A DNA stretch of 64,000 nt from the NCBI RefSeq assembly GCF_001194135.2, contig NC_068982.1, forward strand, positions 127,987,315-128,051,314, in the 5' to 3' direction. The notes below the pieces were generated by a model, which worked only from the letters and a program-made list of their open reading frames with translations, was not told the DNA's origin and searched no databases. Position 1 is the first letter of the stretch. Each line of letters starts with the position of its first letter. Shown here piece by piece: positions 35,020-48,372 of this stretch. The stretch comes from Octopus bimaculoides. Lineage: Eukaryota. A program made the position numbers and the translations under genes.

Positions 35020-35221
35020 AAGCTAGCAGAATGATTAGTATGGTAGGCTAAATGCTTAGCGGTATTTTGTACATCTTTGCATTCTGAGTTCAAATTCTGC
35101 TGAGATCAACTTTGCCTTTCACACTTTCAGAGTCAATAAAATAAGTACCAATTCAATATTGGGATTGATGTAAAATTGCCCCTACTGCCAAACTTTCTGG
35201 CCTTGTGCTAAAATTTGAAAC

Positions 35222-35222
<1 letters not shown>
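35020..35222 (+). mobile_element. SINE-3 between (ATT)n tracts
   Basis: aagctagcagaa..gagttcaaattc..atttgaaacc(att)n. Confidence 0.75.
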
Positions 35223-35255
<33 letters not shown>

Positions 35256-35257
35256 GT

Positions 35258-35550
35258 GGAGGATACCTGTGGAAGGGGTAGACCCAGGAAGATGTGGGAC
35301 AATGTGTTGAGAAAGTTTCTTCACTAAGGAAATGACAAGAGTTGTGGTGATTTGCTGTTCTTGATAAGATGCATCAAGCTAGATAAAATCCACACATACA
35401 GGTTTGGCCTTTCAGGTGCCAGTGCCACATAAAAACACCCGTACTGGTACTGCATAAACGCACTTGTGCCAGTGGAACGTAAAAAGCACCTACCACATTC
35501 TGTTAAGTGGTTGGAGTCAGGAAGGTCATCAAGCTGTAGAAACTGTGCTA
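35258..35550 (+). mobile_element. Degenerate RTE 3' fragments
   Basis: CGRGRPRKMWD codons at 35266-35300; ggagtcaggaaggtcatcaagctgtagaaac. Confidence 0.55.
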
Positions 35551-36114
35551 CAACGGACAATTATTTCTCTCTGCTTCCAACCTCACCCAATCTCCTAGAT
35601 TCTTTTCCTTTGTCACTTCAATCTCTTTTCTTTCTTTGACCACTCCCATTCCACTCATGCACAGCTACAAGTTTTTTGCTGTTTCCTAGCATTCATCAGT
35701 GTCCATGCTTTCACAGACTAAGATAAAGAAAAACTTCTCATACTCCATGAAGAAGGACTTTGTCCAAAATCTCAAACTCACCTCTCAATAACACATGAAC
35801 ATAAGAATCTCCATGCTTTACCAATATATTGATAATGTATTTCAGTTGAGCTGTCAGGATCTTTGACAGGTGTATTGGTTTCTAGTTAGAAATATAAAAG
35901 ACATCATTTTTTGGATGTTAGAATTTTAAACATTTATTTATTTTTGTTACCATTTTTGTATATTTTCATTTCATTAACAGTATTTCTGTTCTTAAGATAT
36001 TCTGAGGTTATAGGATCAACTGAGAAATAATAATTTTTTGAAATTGAAACTTTTATACCTTGTACAAAGAATAGAAATTTTGTCCTAAACAGAAAACTCC
36101 TAAAATACTTATGG

Positions 36115-36270
36115 TCAGACATGGCTGTGTAGTTAAAATGCTTGCTTTGCAACCATGTAGTTTCAGTTACAGTCTCACTACAGGAAAGCTTGGGCAAATG
36201 TTTTTCTCTATAGCTTATGAGTGAATTTGGCAGACAGAAACTGAATGGAAGCCTGTTGTGTATATATATT
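36115..36270 (+). mobile_element. SINE-1 5' part
   Basis: catggctgtgtagttaa..ttgggcaaatg..gagtgaatttggcagacagaaactgaa. Confidence 0.55.
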
Positions 36271-36408
36271 ATTGTGGAAGGATTCCGACCATCACCCCCA
36301 AGTGACTAAAAGTGGACTGACACATTGCTGTAAAATAAAGAACTGTGAGCAACGGGGTAAGCAGTTCACTGTGAGCCATTGATTGAGATCGTTAAGTCTC
36401 ATGTAATA

Positions 36409-36990
36409 TTGGGTTGGCAAGAAAGTAATTTTGGTTTTTTAGTGTGAAATAAAAGTCATTTTTTTTTTCATATAATGAATGAACTTTAATCAATTGTATA
36501 TTTTCCATATTGTTTGATGACCTTTCGTCATCTTTCTGGCAACTTCATGATTCCGTGCTCATAGAACTTCTGGTCCTTATCAGCCGAAAACTGAAGCAAG
36601 TGCGATTTCAGGTCATCATCATTATTGAGAGTTTTACCATTCAAAGAATTTTGAAAACTTTGAAATAAATGGAAATCTAATGGTGCAAGGTCAGGGATAT
36701 ATGGTGGATGTAACATCACTTCCCAACCAAGCTCCAATAATTTTTCACGAATTAGCAAAGACATGTGGTCTGGCATTGTCATGGTGGAACATGATTCCTT
36801 TATGATTTGCCAATTCTGGCTGTTTTTCTTTGATTACTGCCTCCAGTTTCATTAGTTGTTGACAGTAAACATCTGAATTGATCATTTGGTCCCTTGGAAG
36901 CAGCTCAAAATACACAACACCTTTGTAATCTCACCAAATTGACTGCAGAAACATTTTTGATGCAATTCAATTTGGACAATGATTGTTTTG
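36409..36990 (-). mobile_element. Mariner transposon remnant (3' half of transposase plus one TIR)
   Basis: TA-ttgggttggcaagaaagtaatt TIR; W*DYKGVVYFELL..KQPELANHKGIMFHHDNARPH..WEVMLHPPYIPDLAPLDFHLF..FYEHGIMKLPER..GKYTID* (stop 36486-36488). Confidence 0.85.
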
Positions 36991-37038
36991 ATAAGTGCCA
37001 ACACATAAGAGGTGCAACAATATTAATATATATATATA

Positions 37039-37078
<40 letters not shown>

Positions 37079-37788
37079 NNNNNNNNNNNNNNNNNNNNNN
37101 NNNNNNNNNNNNNNNNNNNNNNNNNNNNNNNNNNNNNNNNNNNNNNNNNNNNNNNNNNNNNNNNNNNNNNNNNNNNNNNNNNNNNNNNNNNNNNNNNNNN
37201 NNNNNNNNNNNNNNNNNNNNNNNNNNNNNNNNNNNNNNNNNNNNNNNNNNNNNNNNNNNNNNNNNNNNNNNNNNNNNNNNNNNNNNNNNNNNNNNNNNNN
37301 NNNNNNNNNNNNNNNNNNNNNNNNNNNNNNNNNNNNNNNNNNNNNNNNNNNNNNNNNNNNNNNNNNNNNNNNNNNNNNNNNNNNNNNNNNNNNNNNNNNN
37401 NNNNNNNNNNNNNNNNNNNNNNNNNNNNNNNNNNNNNNNNNNNNNNNNNNNNNNNNNNNNNNATTTTTTCATTCATATTTTTATTCTTATGTTTGTAGAA
37501 ATAAATATTCTTGTATTTTTCTATTATTCAATTGATTTTTAATGATAATTAAATAAACGCTTTTAGCTTTAAATAGTATAGCTTTAACTATTACACCGGT
37601 TAAATATGTACTAATTTTATCTTCATTATTATTTTAAACTTAAACTTCGTTCAAATTATATTTAAAATAAAGATAATTTAAAACAATGATAATTTATGTA
37701 ATCCTCCCTTCATCCATTATCATTTTAATTTTTTATTAATTGATTTTAATTGAGTTTTTACCTGTAATTTTGGATTTTGTCCCTAATT

Positions 37789-37834
<46 letters not shown>

Positions 37835-37849
37835 TATGTGTGTGTATAT

Positions 37850-38048
37850 ATGTTTGCTTGTCTGCTCTCACCACTGCTTGAGATAGCTGGTATTTGTTTA
37901 CACCCCGATGACACCAGTTTGACAAAAGAGACTGATAGAATAAATATCAGGCTTAACAAATAAATAACTACTGGGGCCAATTTGTTTGACTAAATTCCTT
38001 AAGGCAGTGCCCCAGCATGACCACAGTCCAATGACTGAAACAAATGAA
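37850..38048 (+). mobile_element. SINE-1 3' part
   Basis: aaaagagactgatagaataa..gtgccccagcatgaccacagtccaatgactgaaac. Confidence 0.7.
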
Positions 38049-38384
38049 AGGTAAGCCATATCTTCCAAATTGGGCACAATAATGCAAATGAAGTTGGCTT
38101 CTGAAAATGTTTGCACTACATGGTACATATTTTGGATTTTAGTCTCTGTGGAGCATCAATCCCTGTGGCTTTCAGTCCTTGTGGCCACCAATATATCCTC
38201 TCAAATCTGACTCTCCTGTGCAATCTTTTGTAACAGCTTTCAATTCTATGGTTTTCTGGCTTCCCTAGAAGGGTTTTGTCCAGAGAATGTCATCAATCTC
38301 TGCTTTAAAGTACCTCCACGCCATTTCTTGAGACAAGTAAGTTTTATCTTTTACATGTTTCAATAACGGGGTACTTCTTTCAAG

Positions 38385-38700
38385 AATCTTAATCGAATAA
38401 ATCAACCCTGGTGCTTATGTTTGTTTCTTTTTAAAACCTGGTAGTTATTCTATCTGCCACTTTTGCTGAACTGCAAAGTTATGGGGATGTAAACACACCA
38501 ACATCAGCTGTCAAACAGTAAAGGGGAACAAACACTGACACAAAGACACACACACATAGATACGTATACATATATATACAACAGGCTTCTTTCAATTTCC
38601 ATCTACCAGCTCCACTCACAAGGCTTTGATCAGTCCAAGGCTATAGTAGAAGACACTTGCCCATGGTGCTGTGCAAAGGAACTGAACATCAAACCATGAG
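38385..38700 (-). mobile_element. SINE-1
   Basis: Reverse-complement tail, microsatellite and core. Confidence 0.7.
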
Positions 38701-39449
38701 CTTGTGTATACTTGTGTATAACCTGGGAGCATTGCATGTGACATGTGAGAAGTATTCAGTGTGAGTTTTAGTATATTTTACAAACCCAGATTCCTAATAC
38801 TATGTGTCTTAATACTATATATATTCTGTGATGAGATTATAGTGTTATATACATATATTCCTTGAAAGTCAGTCATTTTTGTAGCATAGCTATATAACCT
38901 TTACATTTTGATTTTCATTGAAACATAAATTTAACTCTTGGTTAGCCTTAATCAAGCAGGCCTTTGATCAAAAATTTCCCAGCTGTAATTTAGATGTAGT
39001 ATATCTAGAACTACATTTATTCAATCTGTCCTTCCTTTTTGAAGTTGATATTATGTGATTTAAGGGAGATTTTGTTGGAAATTTTAGTAGGTCTGGTAGT
39101 TTCATAAATGCTCTTTCATTGGTTTAAATTTGGAATGTTTGATTTAATTGGAATTTACATGTAGGTGAGTTAACCATCGTATCAGAATATCAAGCAACTA
39201 TGTTGAATATCCATAAGAGTTAAGCAATTAAAGTATGCCAGGAGATAAGTTTGGACCATAGTACATTAATGAAGCATTTGTCTAATCTTGACTGAGGGAG
39301 TGGAGTGGAATGTGGGAATGAAATTGTTCAACACATGGATAACAAGAGTGAATTTAGCATAGGTATTGAATGTGGTGCTACATTCTACAAAGTATTGCTG
39401 ATTACTGACTCAGTAACTACTGACAGCTATAAAAGCTTTTGCACTGATT

Positions 39450-40300
39450 AAAATGAAAGAAAATTATAGTTGCAGTAGGAGAAGGGTGTGTGTTTGGTTT
39501 GTCTCAGTTAAAGAATATATGCCATTTTACATGTATGTGGTTGTACTGGAAACAAATTATAATGTGCATGATAATATCAATTAAATCATGCAGAAACAAA
39601 ACAAATCCTTTCTATTTTCACTTGTTCTGATTACTTGCAATGGTTGGTAAAGTGAATTACAGCCAAGTTTTGTACAACATAATCTGAGTGTGAGCTGGGT
39701 AAGGAAGAACATGTAATCGGCATAGAAATTTGTGGTGTTATAATTAAAAGTTGAAAAGTCATTAATGTACAGAAAATGCACAGAAAAACCGAACAAGAAT
39801 CAAGGTACAATAGAGATGAGTGTATGTTCTGCAGCAGAACAGTTTTACAGGAAACTTATAGTTCAAGAAATGAAAAATGTGTGAATCCCATTGGGTTGAA
39901 ATATAAGGGTTCTTGTGCTAGAATTATTTGACTTCTTTCACAATATTTCTTTCATGATATCAAGGGCAACAACCTCATGAATTTGTTTTAATAGTAACTG
40001 TACTAGTGGGTCACTAAGAAGGTAAAGATATTGAGATTGGTAAACAAGGTGGAAGTTTCTAACTTATTCCAATCGCATTTGAAACTATGGAAGTAAGGTT
40101 AATAGTTGGCCAGTCAAAGAAATTGCTGTTCTCAGTAACAGGATAGACTTGGGTGTTTCTTTAACGTTGAGTAAATCCCTTTAGAGGAAAAAGAACATAG
40201 TTGCTAGCTTGTGGATTTGGGGAACGTAGTTGCTAGCTTGTGGATTTACTGTTGGATGATAATAGAAAGAACACCATTAAGACTTGTTTGTTTGTGTGTA
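39450..40300 (-). pseudogene. Degenerate CR1/Jockey-like reverse-transcriptase remnant
   Basis: PTINLTSIVS, VVALDIMK and FLYINDF...FYADY (RPI.LTS, LDI.KAFD, YINDL..YADD motifs) in the right order on the minus strand. Confidence 0.5.
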
Positions 40301-42129
40301 TGCAGTACATAATTGGAAATAAAATAGGAAGTAAATGTAGTGGCCTTATCAAAGAGTAAAAGTGCTACTTATGAAACTATGTTTGATAAGAGGTTTCAGA
40401 AAAGAATGAATGTTTGGAGGTTAGAAAGCTTGCAAGCCACAGACATAAAGACATCCTTTACTTCTTTGATTGTCTTCTGGAAGACATAGTTGTGATGGGT
40501 AAATACCATCCATTTCATGATGGTAGATGTCTTCCTCCAGGCAGTGTTCTGTGTAGATCAATGATAAGGGATTAGGGATTTTGTGTTAGTCATATGATGA
40601 ATGCCGAGTGATATAACTAAGAGTCTGGTATTGGTTATCTTCTTGTCTTTACAGATAAGTACACATACTGGTGTTGGTATTCCAAATTTGAAATATTTCA
40701 TTGGGTGTCTCTGAACTTTTTTTCCTTTTCTTAAGAATAACAAAACATCACTTTTTAACAATAGTGTTCACATTTTTAGCACCCACATTTTCTATGCTAC
40801 CATTAACTGGATAGATAATGCCACATATTGTAATTCCATCTGGTCTTTCATAATTAGCCAGGTTTAGAATTTAACCTCATGGTTACTCTCAAGAATTGAA
40901 AACAAGAAGATTAAATAGCTGTGAAAATACTATTCCGACTCTTCTTTGAGGTTCAGTATCAAGAGATGTGACCTTGCCATTTTCCACACCTTCTCTAGTC
41001 TTCATCTTCTACTGTTATCAGTACTGACAGCATGTTGCATGTTTTCAGTTCACACTAACTGTCCATCTACACATGTCTAAACTAGAGCAGCTGTCTCTCC
41101 TATACACTTTTGCTAATACCGTTAATACTCAGCTGTTATCTCATTTCCCTTGTGCTCTTCCTTTTATTACAAGTTAACATTGCACGTGCAGCAGTTTATG
41201 CTCACCTCATTTATTTCAGTAATAATGCAGATCTTTCTTGCAGCCTCATAACTCTCACACATGCTTCAGGCTGTCTACTTTGTGAACAGATAGAAACTCA
41301 TTGTTGCCAACAAAGGCCACATCTCCCTGAACTTCTGCCCCTTTCTTAAATTAGAAGCAATGCTTTTAATTTAGCCACCTCAAGCACTAATTACATTACC
41401 TAGGTAATAGAAATTATCTACTACATCCAGGGAATCCTTTTATGGGTGCTTCTACTGCTAGCGACTCTTGTGCATCTATGTATCTAGCATAAAGGTCCTG
41501 CTTCTGTGAAAAATCTGTTTTATTAAATTTTTACAAGCAATGTTCTTTACAATTTTACACTAATTTATGAATGATATGATTTAGAGAAATTTATGCAATA
41601 ATAATAATAACCTTTCCATTCAGCTCTATGTATAGCTTAAGTATAATAAATGAGATGCTAACCAAGAAATTATATTGTGATGAATTACATGTAATTTTAC
41701 ATTTATGCAGTTAGATAATAATGGTTGGACTGATCAATTGGCAGTTGTATTAAGATAAGTTATCAATTAATATATTTTGTTTATTTATCTTAATATTTTT
41801 ATTTATTGTAAGAAATAAGATTTTATGTGAACACAAAATTTCATTTATCTCCTTTGTGTTGCGATACTTATCTATATTATGATTTGCAATTTTATTATGA
41901 TAACAAAGCTTTGACATCAACCATGAAATGGCTAAAATTATAATTTTTGATTTAGCTAGAAACAGAGTTAAAAAACGATCTGTTCAGTTATTTAGTCTTA
42001 TCTTTTACTATTCCATTAATCAGCCATTAAATGAATTTTTAAACATAACTGAAAAACAATTAGAGATGATGTTCTAAAAAACACAAAAACAATATTGAAA
42101 ATATGGAAAGTATTGTATTATGTTCAGAA

Positions 42130-42533
42130 TCTCACTCTGAAACCATGTGATTTTGGGTTCAGTCCCACTGCATAGTACTTTGGAGAAGTGTTTTCTACTA
42201 CAGCCCAAGGGCAACCAATGCTTTGTGAGTGAATTTGGTTGACAGAAACTGTGTAGAAGCTCATCATATGTATATGTATATATCTATGTGTGTGTGTGTG
42301 TTTGTGTCTCTTCATGCATATGCTATATTTGTTCCCCACCACCACCAATACTTGACAACTTGTGTCTGTTTATGTATCTGTAACTTAGCAGTTTAGCAAG
42401 AGACCGATAGAATAAGTATTAAACTTGAAAAAAAGTAATTGGGCATTAGGGTTAATCTGTTCAATTAAAACCTTCAAGGTGATGTCCCAGCAGGGCTGCA
42501 GGCCAATGTCTGAAACAAATAAAAGATAAAGAT
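42130..42533 (+). mobile_element. SINE-1, diverged
   Basis: gggttcagtcccactgc..gagaccgatagaataagta..ctgaaacaaataaaaga. Confidence 0.7.
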
Positions 42534-43513
42534 CATCATCATCATCATTTAACATACGCTTTCCATGCTAGCATGGGTTGGACGATTTGACTGAAGACTG
42601 GCAAACCAGATGGCTGCACCAGGCTCCAATCTGATCTGGCAGAGTTTCTACAGCTGGATGCCCTTCCTAATGCCAACCACTCCGAGAGTGTAGTGGGTGC
42701 TTTTACGTGCCACCGGCACAAGGGCCAGTCAGGCGTTACTGGCAACGGCCATGTTCAAAATGGTGTCTTTTACATGCCACCTGCACAGGAGCCAGTCCAG
42801 CGGCACTGGCAACAACTGTGCTTGAATGTTTTTTCATGTGCCAGTAAGGCGACACTGGTAACAATCATGCTCAAATGGTGTTATTTACGTGCCACCGGCA
42901 CAGAAGCTAGACAGCTGCTCCGGTAATGATCACGCTTGGACGGTGCTGTTGGCACTCCACTGGTACAGGTGCCAGTCATTGAATTTGGTTCAATTACGAT
43001 TTCAATTTCACTTGCCCCAACCGGTCTTCGCAAGCAGAGTTTAGTGTCCAATGAAGGAAATGTTGGCATGGGTGCCAGTTGTCGAATTTGGTTCGATTTC
43101 GATTTCACTTGCCTCAACTGATCTTCACAAGCAGAGTTTAGTGTCCAATGAAGTAAAGGTACGTATAAGTGGGCTGGCTACACCCCTGGCAAAGGCCATG
43201 GATTATGGTCTCACTTGGCTTGCCGGGTCTTCTCACGAACAGCATATTTCCAATGGTCTCGGTCACTAGTCATTGTCTCGGTGAGGCCTAATGTTCGAAG
43301 GTCGTGCTTCACCACCTCATCCCAGGTCTTCCTGGGTCTACCTCTTCCACAGGTAGCCTCAACCGCAAGGGTGTGGCACTTTTTCACACAGCTATCCTCA
43401 TCCATTCTCACCACATGAACATACCAGTGCAATCGTCTCTCTTGCACACCACAACTGATGCTTCTTAGGTCTAACTTTTCTCTCAAGGTACTTACACTCT
43501 GTCGAGTATGCAC
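42534..43513 (-). mobile_element. RTE-clade LINE 3' end; 5' side lost in an N gap
   Basis: ORF 43513-43211 STLREKLDLRSISCGVQERRLHWYVHVVRMDEDSCVKKC..GRGRPRKTWDEVVKHDLRTLGL..DRDHW..AK*, typical RTE RT C-terminus; about 680-nt 3' UTR; (ATG)n tail. Confidence 0.9.
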
Positions 43514-43788
43514 NNNNNNNNNNNNNNNNNNNNNNNNNNNNNNNNNNNNNNNNNNNNNNNNNNNNNNNNNNNNNNNNNNNNNNNNNNNNNNNNNNNNNNN
43601 NNNNNNNNNNNNNNNNNNNNNNNNNNNNNNNNNNNNNNNNNNNNNNNNNNNNNNNNNNNNNNNNNNNNNNNNNNNNNNNNNNNNNNNNNNNNNNNNNNNN
43701 NNNNNNNNNNNNNNNNNNNNNNNNNNNNNNNNNNNNNNNNNNNNNNNNNNNNNNNNNNNNNNNNNNNNNNNNNNNNNNNNNNNNNNNN

Positions 43789-43827
<39 letters not shown>

Positions 43828-44984
43828 TCTTTCTTTTGAATCCTCAATTGCATATGGTGCTGTTTTGGGCTATTTTAAAATCTGGCTGACCCATGTTCTC
43901 TGCAGGTTGGACCACCACACTCAATTTCTTTTAGAAAGAGGGAGAAACAGACAGACAGAGAAAGAAAGAAAGAAAGAAAGAAAGAGTGGGAGAGAAAAAT
44001 TGATACCAGTACAGGACTGGCATTTTATTTCTTGATCCCTGAAAGGCAAAGTTTTGAACAAAATTTTGAACCAAGAGCTCAAACAGTTGGAACAGTTACC
44101 ACCAGGCATTTTATCTGATGCGCCATCGACTTGGCCAAATCACTACCTACAAACACACACACACACACCTAAAGTATCAAAAGGAAATAAATTATATGAT
44201 TGTATTGCTTTTTCTTTTCTGTTTTCGTTAAGACCCAGAGATAAAAATACTAATATACAGATCTTACTTGCTATCATGTAACTTGATTTGCTCTTGGGCA
44301 TCCAATGCTGCTTATCTGTTTGATAAGCAGCTACTTAAAGGAGATATACTACGTCACACTTAAAGCACTTGATTTAATCTTGAAATTTTAGTTGAGTTTC
44401 TTTTATTGCATACTGTTGAGTATTATTAAAAGGTGGAAAATAAAAAAAAGAAATGAAATAAAATATCAATCAGGAAATGTCTGTTGAGAGATGTTTAAGA
44501 TAAATTGTATAAATATTATACTGTATAAATATTATGCTTTGTCATACACAAACCCATCACATTATATCTTGTAAGCAAATGTTTTCTATTTGATAGGATT
44601 TGTAAGCAACTCAATTGTTTAATTTCATTTATCAAGATTAACAACAACAATAATAATAATAATTATCAACTGCACATAATCAATGTATGTGTTTTGCTTG
44701 TTCACCAGTTTGCTATGGTGTAGCACTTTGGGGACAACTCTCTCATAGCACTGGGTTGTAAAACACCTAAAAGTCATAGACAAGTGAGACAACTTGCCTC
44801 CAATCTTATTTAGGAATGATGGATACTGCTATTTCGCCAGTGCTGTGGGGGACTCGTCCCTAAGGCATTATACTGCAGTCAACCAGTGAACAAGCAAATC
44901 AATACATTATGTGCAATCAATAATGTTTACATTATTGGTGCTGCTTTTAATTTGTAATTTAATAATGATAATTGTTTTAAATTT

Positions 44985-45455
44985 TGGCATATGGTCAAGA
45001 ATTTTCGGGGAGAGAGTACGTCGATTACATCAACCCCAATACTCAGCTGGTAAGAGGAAAGGCAAAGTGGACTGTGGTGGAATTTGCACTCAAAACGTGG
45101 CAATGGATGAAATACTACTAAGCATTTCACCTGGCATACTAATGATTCTGCCAGCTCGTGGCCTAAGCACAAGGCCTAAAATTTTGTGGGAGGGGGCTAA
45201 TCAGTTACATCAACCCCAGTGCTGAACCGGTACTTATTTTATTGACTCCAAAAGGATGAAAGGCTAAGTTTACCACAGTAGAACGATTCTGCCAGCTCAC
45301 CGCCTTAATAATAATAATAATGACCCTTTCTACAACAAGCACAAAGCCTGAAATTTGGGGGAGGGGGATAATCGATTACATCGACCCCAGCACTCAGCTG
45401 GTACTTATTTTATCAACCCCAAAAGGATGAAAGGCAAAGTCGAACTTGACAGAAT
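44985..45455 (-). mobile_element. Three tandem SINE-3 copies, antisense
   Basis: gattacatc.acccc.g..ctggtacttatttt..aaaaggatgaaaggc repeated at about 45020, 45205 and 45375. Confidence 0.75.
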
Positions 45456-45920
45456 TTTCTTTCCTTTTTCCTCCTTTATTTTATTTGTTTACTTTTCTAT
45501 TTTTTCTTTTTTCTCCCTTTCTTCCCCTTTTCCTCTCTCACATGACGGTAAATGAACAATTTGGTGTGCTTGTTCTAATGGCCTATCAATGTATGCAATA
45601 TGTTCCTCTGCCCTAGGTGTCAGGAAGACACTCGGCAAGAAATGGTAACAGAATTGAAAAAAAGATGAAAATGATAATAATAATAATTTTAATTTTAATA
45701 CATAGGACAACCCTGCCAAGCTACTTGTATGTCATTTTTGTGCTAGAGAGAAGGCTGAACCATTCTTGTCATGAATACATCTATTTTACTTTGCCTTTGG
45801 AGATTTAGATATATTTCTTTTTATATAATTTTAAGAAAAATTACCTATTTGGTTTTTTTTTTGTTTTGTTTCTCATAAAAGTGTTCCATCTTCTTCGATG
45901 TAGAAACATCAGCTCACCTT

Positions 45921-46160
45921 GTCTCTAAAGGCTTCATAAATTGAAATGCAGAAGTCAACTGCTTAAAGTCTTCAGAGCAGAATTAAATTCAAACGTCATC
46001 CTTTAAAGGCTTCGTAACATTATCAAACACAAAAATCAACCTCCAATGGCTTCACAGCAAAATTGAATGCTAAAGTCAACTTAAATTAGCAATTTCATTT
46101 GTTAAATGGAATGCTGTGTCTTAAATTTGCTTCAGAGAATTACAATTATTCAAAAACAAA
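45921..46160. repeat. Degenerate ~40-bp minisatellite, 4-6 units
   Basis: ggcttc at 45930, 45968, 46008, 46048; gtcaac-like ends at 45954, 45995, 46035, 46075. Confidence 0.6.
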
Positions 46161-48098
46161 GAAAAAAAATGCTTCAACTTGCTTGCTCAATCTGCTTGAA
46201 ATTACAACTTCCTGCAAATCAAACCCTGCTGTTTTACTGAAGGGAATCTTTGATAATGTGATCCTGGATTTCCTGCACATGCAGATAAGATGAGATGGTC
46301 ATGGTTGGAATGCTTTTGATCATAGTTCTACTCGATCAGGGCTCACTTGTGGCTGAACAACAACATTTATTAATATAAATCAGTTTTATTCTGAATTGCT
46401 GCCAGAGAACTACATTTTGTTCATACCCCTCAATTTTTGCATGGTTTCTATGGCTGGATGCTCTTTCTAACACCAACAACCTTACAAAGTGTACTTGGTG
46501 TTTATATCATGGCACCAATACTAGAGAAACTTGGCATATACCTGGCAAAGCTAAAAGACCTGCACAACTCAGAAAGTATGACGAAGAAGGGTATCGAAAG
46601 AAATAGCAATGACAGTAGGACTACAATGAGTCAGTGAGTGAGTAGGTGAAAGGCAGAGGTGTGTATGATGGGAGAAACAGTAATTGAGATGTGAAGGCAG
46701 TTGAGTGGCAGCAATAGTAGTTTTGAATTAATTTAAAATTGAAAAATGGAAATTGTGTGAATAACTATCTCATTCAAAATTGGAGTATAAAATTGGCAAT
46801 CAGCCAGAAGTTCAAACAACTGCTTATAAAAAATATCTGATAGCGTAAAATAGAATGGAAATATTTGTAGATTTTATTAACTAAAAGTATTAGAATAACA
46901 CTTTCCACTTAAAGTAGATGTAATTATATATATAATGTGTACATATATGTATATTTATATGTATATGTATATATTTTTTTAATCTGAAAACTTGGGTTGA
47001 ATCATTATTTTATTCTGCTTCTATTGTTAAATCATGCAAATATCTTTCAAAACTACATTAACAAAATCCTGTTTGTTCGTTGGTGGATAATAATATCTAA
47101 ACAAAATACTTCAAGTGCATAAAATGGGAAAATTTTCAAGAATTAGTGATCAGAATAATTGTAGCTGCCATATATCTTTCCATATGTCCAGAGAGCTACA
47201 ACAGTTGAAACCAACTAAAGGGGATTGTGTGTAATAATTACAAATAGTTCAAACAGTGTAATAAATTGTATGCCATGAGGAAGAAAAGTCTAATGTTTTG
47301 GCCCGATGCAGAACATTAATAGTTTGCTCAGATTCTGCTGTTTTACTGTATAATAATTATCCAAGTCAGTTTTGCGTATAATATTGAATGCTTTGTGAGC
47401 TTTTAAAATAAAATAAATAGAAACTATACAAATCTTCATATAAATTAATATTGAAAAATTGCTTAAGCAGAAAATTGGGGAAAGTTACAATATATGTTTG
47501 CTTACTATATTTTTATTTATATTTCTAATAAAAACATTTTGGAAATTTGGAGACATTTGAAGTCAAATGTTTTGTTCAAACCAATTTTATTCTCAACTTT
47601 ATCATTTATTTTGTAAGACAATGAATTTGTCTATAAGATTTTAGTAACTTATCTCCTTTGAAATTCCTCTTTATTGTTATGTAGGAAACAAATACTTCCA
47701 GAAGCTTTATTCAGTAATTCCAGTCTGTCGCTGTTCTTGTTGTAGACCAAAATTTTTTTTATTTTTATTTGATTGAAGAGCTAATGCATCACACTGTGCA
47801 CAATGTCTGATACTGTGTTTAAAACATTACATGTATATGCACGTGACAAATTGTAGAACATTCTCTACAGTTTAGAGTTCCAAATATTGGAGGAATATGT
47901 ACAACATGTTAGCTTCAACATAAAACATTATTAATTGGTATACAGGTTCTAATGTTTAGTTGTGGCTTCTCATCAATAATAACAGAAAAATCACAAGGTG
48001 TACACACATCAAAAGTACTACTTTTATCTTCATACTTTATTCAATTTTCATGTAATTCTTCATTCTTTTAAGTTTTATTTGGGTAACTTGCAAGAATG

Positions 48099-48372
48099 AA
48101 GGTGCATGGCTTAGTGGTTAGTGTGTTAGTGTGTTACATTCATGGTTTCAAGATCATGGTTCATGCTTTCAATTTCTGGACTGAGAAGGGTGTTGTTTTC
48201 TTGGGCAAGATACTTCATTTCATGTTGCTCCAGTCTGCTCAGTTGTAAATGAGTCACCCCACCTTATGATGGACTGGCATCCCATTCAGTAGGTGGTGAA
48301 TATTATGATCTCAGTCACCTATATGCCACGGAAACCTGGCCACTGGCCCTATGAGTCCAAGGACTTGAGACG
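48099..48372 (+). mobile_element. SINE-5
   Basis: catggcttagtggttag head; cttgggcaagatacttcatttc..gatggactggcatcccattcag (V-domain-like)..ggaaacc. Confidence 0.65.

Larger units (their letters stand above)
2455..43789. other. Nine assembly gaps: 2455-2869, 14634-14643, 17219-17228, 19218-19329, 27075-27220, 31843-31943, 34948-34957, 37079-37462, 43514-43789
   Basis: Runs of N, mostly next to (TA)n tracts or inside young repeats. Confidence 0.98.

Noticed and set aside
36894-37535. ORFs of 150-210 aa here and at other gaps
   Set aside because: Length comes from N runs and (TA)n.
37463-37790. Very AT-rich stretch suggesting a mitochondrial insertion
   Set aside because: No mitochondrial tRNA, rRNA or ORF could be recognised.
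44307-44331. Perfect 10-bp hairpin gctgcttatc/gataagcagc
   Set aside because: Short and isolated; plausible by chance in 64 kb.
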